Source: a virus (Duplodnaviria > Caudoviricetes). Taken from it: DNA of 45,224 nucleotides. The stretch spans positions 1-45,224 of IMG/VR virus record IMGVR_UViG_3300031354_000004. One strand, 5' to 3'. The notes below the pieces were generated by a model. It made no database searches, had not been told where the DNA came from, and saw nothing but the letters and a program-made list of their open reading frames with translations. Below are positions 15,962 to 26,820 of this stretch, one piece after another. A program made the position numbers and the translations under genes. The number at the start of each line of letters is the position of its first letter. Position 1 is the stretch's first letter.

Positions 15962-18900
15962 ATAATAAAAGAACTGAGGACTCCCATAAAAGCCAAAAGC
16001 CTTAGCGAGATTTCTATAAGGCGTATATGCAACATCATCCTTTCTAGGAAGATTTACCATGTACCAGCGAGCCTTAGATTCTACATTTGCAGAACTGACT
16101 GCCTGCCATTCACGAAACGAGGGGAGGTCATATATAAACTCCTCTCCTTGTTTCTCTTGATAGTGCTTATAAAGCCTCCAACCTTTTAGATTCCTTTTCA
16201 AAAGAGAGACAGTACTTTTTTTCTCGAGGCTATTCAAATCGTCGTGTCGAAGGATCTCTCTTGCAGCTACCTCATAAGGAATTCCTTGCTCCTTTATCTG
16301 CTCTACTGCATGGTCCAGAATACTCCCTACGGTGCGTTCTCTATCACTTGCGCCTTGCCTTAGAATTGTTCGAGCAATGGATGTTTGTGGCCGAGTCCAC
16401 TTGAAAAGATTACGCATGCCAGGCACAGCCTCTGTCATAGTGCGGAACATGCTATTTTTCTCCTCAACCGTTACGTCTCGAAGCAGATAGCCCATGAAGG
16501 ATGTAATTGGATTCGATCCAAGCATCGAAGCTGCTCGATCTATTCCTACAGGACTTATATCGCCAGGGATGACTTGAGCAAGATTTCGTGCAACATCTGT
16601 AGTATCTCGATAGGCTCTTAGGGAAGGGTCTACAAACTCTGAACCTTTCCAAATACTATCACCAGTTCTTGGATCCTGATTTCGATATAGTGCTTTAAAG
16701 GCTGCAATTGAAGGCAGAAAAGAACCGGCTTCGTATATTGGAACATCTTGAGAGACACGATTAATAATCTCTTCGTAGCCTAGGGTATTAGTCTTGTCGC
16801 GCATTATGTCTATTCCCGCAAACATCACAGCATCAATCGCTCGTACTATAGGCGAATTATCTGTAGGAATAGCTAGATAAGCATGAGACGTATCACCATT
16901 AGCGTCCGTGGTAGAAATTCCAATAGGAAGGATAAAATTATTCACCTTGTGATAAGGACTTACATCGTCCATACAATAATCTGCCAGCGTGTATGCGGCC
17001 CAAGCAGCTGTAAGGCGAAGTCCCCAATACTGAGCTAGCTTAGCGGCATACAATTTAGGATTCCCCTTGGCGGCTCGAATCTGAGCATCTAGGGCTTGAG
17101 CAGCTACGTTAGCAAACGGATAGATAGAATCCATAAGACGCATGAAGTTTCCTTTACGCCCAAAGTTCAACATATCATTCACTCGACGAACTGCCGTTGT
17201 CTCTGGGATACCGGCCTCGACCATCTTTTTAAATTGGTGTACACGAATTGTAAGCTCAGTGTTTGTTCCAATCCAACCCATCTTATCAACAAAGCGTTCC
17301 CAGCCGGTGCGTCCTCGTTGAGTCATTGGAAGCTCTCCATGGTGTCGAAGCATTATATCTTCCTGCGCGATTCTTGTCACTGTAAGAACATTACCGCCAA
17401 GGCTTTTGTATTTTGTACTCCATTTTCCATCACTTATCACATCTTTGAAAAGTTGTGGCTGTTCGAGAAGGGCATCCTTAGTGAATTTCAAAATATTCCC
17501 GCGCTCAAGTTCATTCGCCGTATAGAAGTGCATATTATCTGCCCACCACCTACGAATGGGAAATACAGGATTAATAGCCGTTGCGAAGAACTTAACCGGA
17601 GCCACGCCAGAGGCAAAAGACATTGCCTTATATACCTTCTGTTGAAGCCTCGTCACGTTGTGATTAAGGTTTGTAAGCCGTGCTGCCTCTCGATCTAGCA
17701 TCACATACTCAACTTTACCATCTCGCAGAAAAGGCACTGGCTCAAAGCCTTCCATTGGTTCGATAATCTCCTCAATCTGCTTAAGCTTTGTCATATGCTC
17801 AAGCTGAGTTTTCTGCGTTAGTAGCTCATCTCGCATAGACTTAGCAGTCATATACGTGGCCGTCTCATCATTAATAACAACGCTTCGAGGATCTCGACGC
17901 TCATCAATATGTTTCACCGACTGAACATCATATGTGTCAAAGTCTTGCATAGCCCAATCAGTCAGCTTCTGGTCTTTTCTCTTCAAAGAATCAACTCGCT
18001 TCTCAAGCTGCGCGATTTCCTTTTTTATCTCCTCAAGTGTAGGTTCCGCAGGAGTCTTCTTCTTTCGAATCGAATACTCACCACTTTCAAGCTTCTCATT
18101 TCTTCGATCCCGAGCATTCTTCATTGCTCGCTTTACGCGTTCATTTATAGTCACAACTTCGCGAATCTGATTCTCGTCAAGAAAGCCTTCTATGCCCTGA
18201 ACTTTATAGCGCTTCCTTGGAAGTCGGGCAAATTGAGAAGCATCGCCTTTCCCACTCCTCGCAGCCTCGTACCAAGTTCTCAAAAGCTTATTCTTAGCTA
18301 TTGCATATTCCTGTTTCCGGATTTCGGACTTTACCAGATATTCAAAATCCAGTACAAGCGGTTCTCCAGTAGCTCCTTTTAAACGGGGATCAATACGAGT
18401 GAAACCAAAAGTCTCATGAAAGATCGGATCATTCTTTAAAAGAATGGAGGCCTCCACATCATACAAGGTCTTATTTGGCCTCCACCGAACTGCGCGTTTG
18501 TCTGGCAGATAATCATTTGCATTATAAGCCTTAAGAGTATCCTCGCTAATAATCCCTGAAGCATGCTTCCGAACATTAAGATCTTGAAGGGCTTTGAAAC
18601 CTACACGAAGAGCTTCTTCATATCTAGGAAACGCATCGGGCCCTTCATTCTCCGCGATCCATTTATAAGCGAATTGCTTTTTCGCGTCTACTAGCTCCTC
18701 GCTCCAAGGAAGTTTCTTCGGGCTTGTCTGTTTCGAGGCGCGTTGAATAGTTCTTTTATCTTCATGCCACGCAATTGTCGCAAGCGTATCAAGGATCTCT
18801 CGGCTCTTACCTTCAAAAGCCCCAAAATTAGCAGCTGTTTCGACTTGCTTCTCAAGAAAGCCTACCCTATGAGGAACATCATAAGTCTTATATTTGATTT

Positions 18901-20431
18901 GTTCTTGTAGATCCTTTCCTAGTGGAAGATTCATCAACTTATCATAAGCAGGCCCCTCGGGATTGACTAACTCTTGCCAGGTCCTAGAGATCCAACCCTT
19001 GACAGGCTTGTTTTGTTCTGCAGCACGAGCTTCCAGGTTTTTGTTTCGGATGACCTCTTGGGCCTTTTCTACTTTCCAATCCCGAGCGCCTTTTTCCGAC
19101 AGTTGAAGTTGAATTCCACTATCATCAACGACTACGTTATTTTTTATTACTTCATAAGATTTCTTCTTAGGTACAATAAGCATATCTCTATGCATATCAA
19201 CAAACTTCTCAATTACCGCTGGGCCAGAAATCGTATCCGGGTCAGATAGATACTCAGCAGTACGTACGAAGTTTTCAGCAAGTGTCAAGGCTCTAGGAGA
19301 CTCAAGCTCTCCAGAGTCAAAAAGCACTGCCCCTAATTGCTTTGCCAGCATGGCTCGATCCTCAGATACTTGGCCTTTTCCGTATACAAGCTCGAGATTT
19401 CTTCGAAGGTCTATAATTGGTGTCTCAGCCTTAGGATCTTGCATATAAGCAGCGCGCATATAATCCCAATCCCGCTCAGCAAATTCTGCAAGTACGCTAT
19501 TCAAATCGGGCGCTCGCCCAAGAGCCTGTTCCTTGGCCACATATGCTTTAACCTTAGCCTGTGCTGTGGCAGGGTCTTGGGCGATTCGCTCTCTTTGATG
19601 TTGCGGCATAGCAGCAAACAGACCCCCAAGAATAGCCGCAGCAATCCACTCATCACTATAATCAGCCCGACTAGAATCAGTCGTAGCAGCAGCCATGCCG
19701 CCATTTAACAGAGCCGAGCCTAGAACGCGTACTGAAAGATTATAACCCCCTAAGGCAGCAAGGCCGGCCTCCATTATAGTAAACTGCTTAGCCCCAGCAA
19801 CTGCTCCCTCTTGGCCACCAAAAGCACCACCTTTTAAGGCGCCGAAAGAAACTCGACCCATAGCGGCGCCAAGCGATACTGCGGTTTTCTCAGACAATCG
19901 AAGCACACCCCTTGTTGAGAGTCGGGCAAGCCCCGTACCGATTGTCTTAGCACCTCCAATACCCCCAGCAAGCAGACCAATCAAATCAGGCACTGAGTAG
20001 CCTACATAATAAGCAATCTTATCGGCAATAGTGTCTCGTCCTTGTATAGGATCTATAGACTCACGAATCACCTTAGATACATTTCCCAGTACATCAAGGC
20101 GATCTTCTGGATTCCAACCGAGAGCATCCCCTACATGATTCACTAGAAGCTCTGGAAGTTCTACTAAATCCGCGGTCGAGTCTACGAATCCCTTAGCAAG
20201 TTGGTGCGCAAAACGCCCGGGCAAAGCCACGGCTCTATCTAGAAGCCCTGGATCCGCATAGTTTACACTATTCGAAACAGCTGTGTATGTGCGGTTTTTA
20301 CTTAGGTTGTCCAATCGTTGGGCATATTGAGGGCGGTCGGAATCAGCTCCTGCAGGTACTAAAGTCTGACTTTGTTGTCGTATCTCCTCATTCTGCTTAT
20401 AGCGAATAAGGGCTTGATCATAAAGTCCCAT
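15932..20431 (-). CDS. Large internal virion/ejection protein with C-terminal LPD38-like region
   Basis: 1499 aa; last gene of the structural arm; Gly/Ala-rich hydrophobic N-terminal part; NFGRKG..MR....YPFANVAAQALD..RA.K.NP and NNFILP...YLAIP pattern. Confidence 0.7.
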   Translation of the reverse strand: MGLYDQALIRYKQNEEIRQQSQTLVPAGADSDRPQYAQRLDNLSKNRTYTAVSNSVNYADPGLLDRAVALPGRFAHQLAKGFVDSTADLVELPELLVNHVGDALGWNPEDRLDVLGNVSKVIRESIDPIQGRDTIADKIAYYVGYSVPDLIGLLAGGIGGAKTIGTGLARLSTRGVLRLSEKTAVSLGAAMGRVSFGALKGGAFGGQEGAVAGAKQFTIMEAGLAALGGYNLSVRVLGSALLNGGMAAATTDSSRADYSDEWIAAAILGGLFAAMPQHQRERIAQDPATAQAKVKAYVAKEQALGRAPDLNSVLAEFAERDWDYMRAAYMQDPKAETPIIDLRRNLELVYGKGQVSEDRAMLAKQLGAVLFDSGELESPRALTLAENFVRTAEYLSDPDTISGPAVIEKFVDMHRDMLIVPKKKSYEVIKNNVVVDDSGIQLQLSEKGARDWKVEKAQEVIRNKNLEARAAEQNKPVKGWISRTWQELVNPEGPAYDKLMNLPLGKDLQEQIKYKTYDVPHRVGFLEKQVETAANFGAFEGKSREILDTLATIAWHEDKRTIQRASKQTSPKKLPWSEELVDAKKQFAYKWIAENEGPDAFPRYEEALRVGFKALQDLNVRKHASGIISEDTLKAYNANDYLPDKRAVRWRPNKTLYDVEASILLKNDPIFHETFGFTRIDPRLKGATGEPLVLDFEYLVKSEIRKQEYAIAKNKLLRTWYEAARSGKGDASQFARLPRKRYKVQGIEGFLDENQIREVVTINERVKRAMKNARDRRNEKLESGEYSIRKKKTPAEPTLEEIKKEIAQLEKRVDSLKRKDQKLTDWAMQDFDTYDVQSVKHIDERRDPRSVVINDETATYMTAKSMRDELLTQKTQLEHMTKLKQIEEIIEPMEGFEPVPFLRDGKVEYVMLDREAARLTNLNHNVTRLQQKVYKAMSFASGVAPVKFFATAINPVFPIRRWWADNMHFYTANELERGNILKFTKDALLEQPQLFKDVISDGKWSTKYKSLGGNVLTVTRIAQEDIMLRHHGELPMTQRGRTGWERFVDKMGWIGTNTELTIRVHQFKKMVEAGIPETTAVRRVNDMLNFGRKGNFMRLMDSIYPFANVAAQALDAQIRAAKGNPKLYAAKLAQYWGLRLTAAWAAYTLADYCMDDVSPYHKVNNFILPIGISTTDANGDTSHAYLAIPTDNSPIVRAIDAVMFAGIDIMRDKTNTLGYEEIINRVSQDVPIYEAGSFLPSIAAFKALYRNQDPRTGDSIWKGSEFVDPSLRAYRDTTDVARNLAQVIPGDISPVGIDRAASMLGSNPITSFMGYLLRDVTVEEKNSMFRTMTEAVPGMRNLFKWTRPQTSIARTILRQGASDRERTVGSILDHAVEQIKEQGIPYEVAAREILRHDDLNSLEKKSTVSLLKRNLKGWRLYKHYQEKQGEEFIYDLPSFREWQAVSSANVESKARWYMVNLPRKDDVAYTPYRNLAKAFGFYGSPQFFYYLRAFEKEKF

Positions 20432-20432
20432 G

Positions 20433-22421
20433 TTATTTTCCTATTTCAGGTAGTGTTTTTGAATTATATTGAGTTGAGTATTGTTGAAGCAAGTAACGAA
20501 GAATCTCAGAATTCTGAAGAATTCCATATTTTCTAAGGTCTCGCTCAAGTGCTGTAGGAGGAATGTATTCTCCATTATCAAGCATGTAGTCATTTATAAG
20601 GCTTCCAAGGGTTTGCCTAGCGGCCGTTTCTTCCTTGGTAGAGGTATTACCTATGAATAATTGCGCCCGCAGACCCTTCTGAGTACGTTCACCGAAGTAC
20701 TCTGGATAGTACGTAGCAGGAAGCTGCCCAACTGTAGTTTGGCCTTTCCCGGGTAGGTTATATACATCGGATCGGGTATTTGCCATCGCGCTATTATTGA
20801 ATTGCGATACAAGTTCGGACTTATATGCCTGACGTTTATTCTCCATAGTAGGATTCTTTGCCAAGACATCTGCATAGCTTTGAATAAGTTCTGTTGCCCT
20901 GCCTGATTCAACGCCTGTAAGAGCTCCTGCCATGGCAACAAGCTTATCGAATCGTGGAAGAGGCCTTTCGACATTTCCATGAGAGCGAGCAACTATATAA
21001 GATTCCGTAAGGGCACTATACATAGCGGCAACTTTTGCTTGTGTAGTTTCGCTGGTATCCGAAGGAGACGCCCGAAGACCTCGACGATCAAGATCTGCGA
21101 TTTGTTGTTCCCACATACTTCGCTCGTCATCGGCAAGTGGAGGGTCGGGGTTACTCTCGAAGTCCCCACTCATCAGAGCCTTTATAGCTACTACTATATT
21201 AGCACCTTCTGGAGTCAAAGTGAGCCGGGGCGTGCCGGATTCATCGATGGAGCTCTCTGAAGTTTTAATTGGCAACTGGCTATTCATGGTATACATCTTC
21301 ATGCCTTGTACGATTGCTTGTGGAAGTCTCTGGGCTTCCTCGAAACGTCCTTGAAGAGCATAGTCCTTATATAGGCTATCGAATAAATAAGTTGCAGTAG
21401 CTACACGGCCTTCTGCATCTTGATAAGAAACTTGGCCCTCTTCAGGAAGTCCTAGGTCACTCTCGCGCTTAGGTACTAAAGAAGTAAAGAAGAATTGCTG
21501 CCTAGCTGCCCGAGCCTGTTCATTATAGAAGTATTTATGTCGATCTACCTTGCTAAGACGTCCTGCGATGTCTTCAGCCTTAGGATCTTTGGCTCGCAGA
21601 TTTTGCCTTACTTGAGCTTGTTCTTCTGGGGACATCGAAGAGTACTTACCTTCGGTTAGCATATCAGCTAGGTTAGCTGTCAAGACGAAATCTTGGGTAT
21701 CGCGGGCTTCTGTGTCTCGGGCTACTTGCTCCTTACTTACCTTTAGATTGAATCGGGCCGCCTCTGTTTGAGCTTGTAAGAGATTTATACGTGCCTGTTC
21801 AGCTACGCCAGCACGACTACGCTGTTTTTCTAAAGCCGCCTCGGCAAGGATCTGCTTATCGAGAAGTTCGGCATTCTTCTTATTTTTTAGCTCAGTATAA
21901 GTGACAACTCGATGTTCTTCAGGATCCCAAAAACCGTCGGAGAGCCCTTTTTGAAGAAGCTCTTTCTTTTTATAGTAAATGGTCTGTCCTTGCCTCTCAA
22001 TAGGTACTAGCTCTTCTGGATCATATGTACCAGATTGCATAGGCGTAGAAGGCTTTGTAGCTGCTTGGCCGGGCTTCATTACTCCAGTATCCGTTGGAGC
22101 CTGTTTAGGTTCTGTGGACTTTGGAGTAGCGGATCTTTGCCCACCAGTAAAATACTCTTGGATAGTACCTTGAATCGCCGCATTTAAGTCGGATTGAAAT
22201 TCAATCGCAGTTGATTGTGCTCTATTATCAAGAGTAGCCTGATAATCTGCCGTTTCCCTTGCGTAATCAGAACGCTTTTTATATTCCTGATCCAGCAAAT
22301 ATAGACGGAAGGCACGATCTCGCTCTTCAGCCTGCCGTTGATCGATAGAAGTGCCAATTCCACCGATAGCCCGTTGTAGAGGGCCATAATTGATATTTCG
22401 TGCTGGTAAAACTGTTGCCAT
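20433..22421 (-). CDS. Internal virion/ejection protein
   Basis: 662 aa, helical, Q/A-rich; second of the three-gene podovirus ejection block. Confidence 0.6.
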   Translation of the reverse strand: MATVLPARNINYGPLQRAIGGIGTSIDQRQAEERDRAFRLYLLDQEYKKRSDYARETADYQATLDNRAQSTAIEFQSDLNAAIQGTIQEYFTGGQRSATPKSTEPKQAPTDTGVMKPGQAATKPSTPMQSGTYDPEELVPIERQGQTIYYKKKELLQKGLSDGFWDPEEHRVVTYTELKNKKNAELLDKQILAEAALEKQRSRAGVAEQARINLLQAQTEAARFNLKVSKEQVARDTEARDTQDFVLTANLADMLTEGKYSSMSPEEQAQVRQNLRAKDPKAEDIAGRLSKVDRHKYFYNEQARAARQQFFFTSLVPKRESDLGLPEEGQVSYQDAEGRVATATYLFDSLYKDYALQGRFEEAQRLPQAIVQGMKMYTMNSQLPIKTSESSIDESGTPRLTLTPEGANIVVAIKALMSGDFESNPDPPLADDERSMWEQQIADLDRRGLRASPSDTSETTQAKVAAMYSALTESYIVARSHGNVERPLPRFDKLVAMAGALTGVESGRATELIQSYADVLAKNPTMENKRQAYKSELVSQFNNSAMANTRSDVYNLPGKGQTTVGQLPATYYPEYFGERTQKGLRAQLFIGNTSTKEETAARQTLGSLINDYMLDNGEYIPPTALERDLRKYGILQNSEILRYLLQQYSTQYNSKTLPEIGK

Positions 22422-22424
22422 AAG

Positions 22425-23231
22425 TTAACTCCATAAATTAGATACGCTAGACCAAAGATCCCCATGAAGAGTCTTATCAGGAGACTGGGTCGCAATATTC
22501 TCACCAGTTTGAGCAGTCGCCAGACCGAGAAGATATTGCATCTGAGCAGCATCATACTGCGTGCCAAGCTGTGCATTTAGACGAGCCGTTACATTAGCCA
22601 TATCAAGAACGCCCAGTTCAGTCTGCTGATTTGCTACAAGTCTTTGTAGTTCCTGAGCTGCGAATTGGGCCTCTAAGCCTCCGAGACCCTGGGTAGCGGC
22701 AAGGCGCCTATTTTCAGATTCACTAAAGGCGTCTGTATAAGCCTTTGTAATATCCTGACCAAGTTTCAGTTGTACATTTCCAGCGGCCCTATTAGCAGCG
22801 CTACTTCTGAGACCCTTGCCAGCAAATTGGGTTTGTACCGCGCCTATGCCCTCACTAGCCGCTTGCTTAGCTAAATTAACCTCAGCCTGAATCTTTTCCT
22901 TATTTGCCTCTGTGTCGAGAAATGTTTGATAAGATTGTACGGCCTTACTTGTATTGTAGGCATCCAAACCGGCAATACTAAGGGCCTCCGGATCCTCAGG
23001 ACCTATATATTTCGCTTGTTGGGCAGAGCCCTGCCCAGCTGTCTTGAGGAGCTGTTGATAGAAGGCTCGTTGCTCCGGAGATTGTGTACTTGTCCAATCA
23101 ACATTCCACTCACCACCGCCATAAGGCGTAGTCATCGCAGTTGTAATTGCGTTAATAATGGCTCCCTGAGGAGTACTACTGCCGCCTCCTTGATAGCCCT
23201 GTACCTTTTGCCCTTGTAAATCATCTGCCAT
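22425..23231 (-). CDS. Internal virion/DNA-transfer protein
   Basis: Q/A/G-rich 268 aa; GLRSSAA motif; directly after the nozzle gene. Confidence 0.6.
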   Translation of the reverse strand: MADDLQGQKVQGYQGGGSSTPQGAIINAITTAMTTPYGGGEWNVDWTSTQSPEQRAFYQQLLKTAGQGSAQQAKYIGPEDPEALSIAGLDAYNTSKAVQSYQTFLDTEANKEKIQAEVNLAKQAASEGIGAVQTQFAGKGLRSSAANRAAGNVQLKLGQDITKAYTDAFSESENRRLAATQGLGGLEAQFAAQELQRLVANQQTELGVLDMANVTARLNAQLGTQYDAAQMQYLLGLATAQTGENIATQSPDKTLHGDLWSSVSNLWS

Positions 23232-23239
23232 ATTAACTC

Positions 23240-24952
23240 CTATTCTTCTTCAGCTCTATAAGCTATTGTTAAAGGACCAAACTTTACATTCCCGCCAGTA
23301 CCAGAAAATTCGAACATTATATTCTCGAATTCGATATTGTCGCCAATCATATATTTTTTAAGTTCGTAAGAATCAATTGTGATAGTGCCGAAGGAGTACC
23401 AAGTCTCCCCATCATCAACACTTACACGAATTGTAATTTGATGATCTAAATCTCCAGAAGCAGCAATTTGTAAATGCTCAAGCCTTGAATCAATTGCACC
23501 AGAAGGAAAATTCTTTGTCTGAACGAGATATGGAATATTTGTCCCCGTGCTATAATCTACATCTAGATAACCATCGGCGTCATAAGAACCAGTCATCCTA
23601 TCTTTGGGTAGTATATGATCGTATCTTATAAGTTTACTTACGTAACTAGCATCTAGACAAGAGAAGAATACAAATGGATACTCAGTTAAGAAAACTTGCG
23701 ATACCCAAGCACGATCAGGGCCAACGGCTTCTACACCTGGATCTTCTACAAGCCACGTACCCTCTTTCCCTGTAGTACCTCCCCAGATATCATCTTCCTC
23801 AACCCTACGAAGAGACATCGAAGTTAAAAGAAGACTTACTCGACGCTCAGACCAAGCTCTTTGTTTCACTTGATAACGGATAATATACGTAGTAGCTGTT
23901 CCAGCACCTTCATCGATCACAGGAAACATAAACCAAACTGTGTCAGTTTCCTTTAGATGGATAGATCTTATATAATCTAAATAGTCTAGATTAAGAATTC
24001 CAGAGTCTCCATATACTCGATCCTGAATAAGTTCTCCAAAAGGCTCAATTGAAAGCCCTCCAAGGTAGCGAAAGATATTACTACGCCCAAGGAATATATG
24101 CCAACTTCCAAGAGAGGCGACAGAAAGCCCACCAATTACACCCTCATTATCTACAACATTCTCAAATATAACAGGAGCACTTGTAGTATTTGTCCAAGTT
24201 CCTCGCCAAACACTATCAGAGCAATAGACAATCATATAAGGGCCAAGGAGCTCTGCTTGTTTTATTTGATTATTCTCACTAAGAAGATCATAGTAACCGG
24301 CCGCTGTATAAGTACCCCCGTCTACATGCTCTTCATTTCCAGGAACCGAATATCTTATTCTATGCTGATACTTTATGCCATCCTCCTCAATCGACAAGAA
24401 CCAAACAGCATCTTGCCATACCCGAAGGAAATCTACAGATTCCACGCTTATCCCGGGGAGCCCAGTGAGAGCATCACAAATCCAGCCGGAGCCATCGTAG
24501 TAGAACTTATGAACACGATCTACACCGTTTGTCCAAATGACCATGTTGTGGCCATTTCCATTAGAAGAGCCAGAGAAAGTAACAGCTATCAAAGGCTTTG
24601 TGTCGTGGCCTTCAATTGCATCATCTCCTCGATTCGCAGCATCATCAAGATAGTAGCCACTGGAATCCTGAACTTCTACCCACGCATTAGCAGCCCATCG
24701 ATATAAAGCATTTTTAGTAAATAAGAGAGCTTGCGTAGTCCCATCTTGATCCTTCATAGTATACGTAAGCTTAATAGTCTCAGCGCCTATGTCAGGATCT
24801 TCAAAAACATATCCAGTATCTAAGACAAGATTATCTTTAAGTACTCTTAAGTTTGTAAGAGCCACTACCTGATTATCTTGAATAGCATCTGCCCGATTCA
24901 ACAGATTTATACCGCCGCCAAATCCAGGGGTAGTTTTATAATTAGTAGGCAT
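23240..24952 (-). CDS. Tail nozzle / tail tubular protein B (P22 gp10-like)
   Basis: 570 aa; F.GG.N start; beta-propeller-like (WTNGVD, RIRYS..G); VSVDDGETW near the C-terminus. Confidence 0.75.
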   Translation of the reverse strand: MPTNYKTTPGFGGGINLLNRADAIQDNQVVALTNLRVLKDNLVLDTGYVFEDPDIGAETIKLTYTMKDQDGTTQALLFTKNALYRWAANAWVEVQDSSGYYLDDAANRGDDAIEGHDTKPLIAVTFSGSSNGNGHNMVIWTNGVDRVHKFYYDGSGWICDALTGLPGISVESVDFLRVWQDAVWFLSIEEDGIKYQHRIRYSVPGNEEHVDGGTYTAAGYYDLLSENNQIKQAELLGPYMIVYCSDSVWRGTWTNTTSAPVIFENVVDNEGVIGGLSVASLGSWHIFLGRSNIFRYLGGLSIEPFGELIQDRVYGDSGILNLDYLDYIRSIHLKETDTVWFMFPVIDEGAGTATTYIIRYQVKQRAWSERRVSLLLTSMSLRRVEEDDIWGGTTGKEGTWLVEDPGVEAVGPDRAWVSQVFLTEYPFVFFSCLDASYVSKLIRYDHILPKDRMTGSYDADGYLDVDYSTGTNIPYLVQTKNFPSGAIDSRLEHLQIAASGDLDHQITIRVSVDDGETWYSFGTITIDSYELKKYMIGDNIEFENIMFEFSGTGGNVKFGPLTIAYRAEEE

Positions 24953-25224
24953 TAGTTTTTCAGTGGTTGAATATTTGCCTGGCCTTGAGATTCTTGCCGT
25001 ACTCTTTCTTGCTGAACCTCAAAGAACTCACGGGATAATTTATAGCCGTCATATTTATCAAGCATGACTACTTCACGCGTGTCGTCTTCATAAACCACGA
25101 GCATAGCATTAGGAATATCTCGTAGGGTATTATTACCTACTACGTTTTCCAATACGTAGTCAGACTTGATTATTTTTCCCTTATATACATATTCACGATA
25201 AAAAATAATTGTATAAGTTTTCAT
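24952..25224 (-). CDS. Hypothetical protein (possible fibre assembly protein)
   Basis: GAGGA RBS; TAATG coupling on both sides. Confidence 0.65.
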   Translation of the reverse strand: MKTYTIIFYREYVYKGKIIKSDYVLENVVGNNTLRDIPNAMLVVYEDDTREVVMLDKYDGYKLSREFFEVQQERVRQESQGQANIQPLKN

Positions 25225-26024
25225 TATTTTATCCTCATGTAGTATAAACAAGTAAAATAGAGTGGGCGAGAGTCCGTGGATGTCGGAGCGTCGCCAGAGC
25301 CGATATTATGGTTATGAGTATCAGAATCTACATTTGTATTATTAGTAGCTAAGTTAGAATTACCGCTAGCAACATAAGATCCAAGACCTAAACCACCTAC
25401 AATAGCCCCATGCGAGTGACTTGTATCATAATCACTGCACGTATGTGTATGATCAATCAGAGTATTTGATCCACCAGTACCACTTTCAGTACCACCCATA
25501 AGAAATCGCCCATCTGTAAGATCTGGAACACTTACCCCTGTTGTAGTAGTTCCATCAGGATAGGTAAAGGTACAAGTGCCTACTCCATCACAAGCAACCC
25601 AGTAATTAGTATCAATAGCCTTAGCAATAGTAACGCTAGGATAAAGCCCAATAATAGATCCTATAGGTGGAGCGCTCCTCTGTAAGATTTCAGACGTAGT
25701 GTGAATTAAAACTCGTTTCGTGCCTCCCTCAGGATAGTATTCTAATGTATCATCGGTAGAATTATACCCTAATTCAGCATACCCACTCGCCGCTTCACTC
25801 GGCCCACCAGCTATCTTCTTAAGCGTAACTCGTTTATGGTATCCAGAATCTGTCTGATCGTCTACCCCAGAGGCCGCAACTTCTTGACCAAACTCGTGAT
25901 CAACCTGCATCCTCTCGACTACGGCGTCCTTAAAGTTTCTAATTTGCTGCGCCCCATAACGGCGACTTTCAGAATCCTCTGGATTGTTTCCAAAGCTAGT
26001 ATTCCACGTTTGTAGAAATGCCAT
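25224..26024 (-). CDS. Short tail fibre with collar-like domain and HxH motifs
   Basis: PPIGSII...WVACDG...VPDLTDGRFLMG; HTH, HSH, HNH; RPLYF...Y.MRIK terminus. Confidence 0.75.
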   Translation of the reverse strand: MAFLQTWNTSFGNNPEDSESRRYGAQQIRNFKDAVVERMQVDHEFGQEVAASGVDDQTDSGYHKRVTLKKIAGGPSEAASGYAELGYNSTDDTLEYYPEGGTKRVLIHTTSEILQRSAPPIGSIIGLYPSVTIAKAIDTNYWVACDGVGTCTFTYPDGTTTTGVSVPDLTDGRFLMGGTESGTGGSNTLIDHTHTCSDYDTSHSHGAIVGGLGLGSYVASGNSNLATNNTNVDSDTHNHNIGSGDAPTSTDSRPLYFTCLYYMRIK

Positions 26025-26032
26025 TTTACTCC

Positions 26033-26815
26033 CTATTGATATTTTATAATGTACATTACTGATACGTTTATAGGCCTTGTTTCATAATCACTTGTTTTTG
26101 CTTGGTTTGGGCTCATTGACAAGGAATTGTCAAATAATATAGCTCTGTCTTTATTTGCAACAACTGATGATCCTATAAGATACCCGCTTAGACCATTTCC
26201 GGATGAAAAAACACCGCTAACAGTTGGGTTAAGAGATGTGTCAGTTCCAGATCCATTTTTTGCAATGAAATCGCCTGTCGTTCTCTGCATCGCGTCAGCT
26301 TGTACTGACCCAACGTTATCACCAGTAGCACCCCCAGTTGCCTGTGCTGTCCTACTTGCCGCGTCTGGATCATTCCCAGCGCCATGATCATAACCCCTAG
26401 GGAATTTACCTCTTAAGTCTGGAATATTAAATGTTGTTGAGCCATCACCATAACCATAATTAGTACCAATAGCTGTATAAAGTGCCGCATAAGTAGTACG
26501 ACTAATGGCTACACCATCACATTCAAACCAACCTGTAGGTGCTGAAGAGCCCCCATATGCTATAATAGATCCTACAGGAACTGCACTACCAAAGGCCGCT
26601 ATAGCAGAAGCATTATCAGATATATCAGAAGCATTTGTAGCGATATCGGCCGTATTGGTGTCTATAGCGCTCTGTAAACTCTCAACATTCGCGACCACTT
26701 TAAGCGCATTTACCTTATCAAAAGCATTGGCAAGTTCAAAATACATACGATCGCCAAGAGGCCCATCTTCAAAAGCATCTCGCCTAATAATAATCTGTCT
26801 AGGATCTTGTACCAT
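26033..26815 (-). CDS. Tail fibre protein with phage tail collar domain
   Basis: VPVGSIIAYGGSSAPTGWFECDG.AISRTTYAALY.AIGT.YG.GDGSTTFNIPDLRG.F.RG; ETRP.NVSVMYIIKY. Confidence 0.9.
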   Translation of the reverse strand: MVQDPRQIIIRRDAFEDGPLGDRMYFELANAFDKVNALKVVANVESLQSAIDTNTADIATNASDISDNASAIAAFGSAVPVGSIIAYGGSSAPTGWFECDGVAISRTTYAALYTAIGTNYGYGDGSTTFNIPDLRGKFPRGYDHGAGNDPDAASRTAQATGGATGDNVGSVQADAMQRTTGDFIAKNGSGTDTSLNPTVSGVFSSGNGLSGYLIGSSVVANKDRAILFDNSLSMSPNQAKTSDYETRPINVSVMYIIKYQ

Positions 26816-26820
26816 TTATA

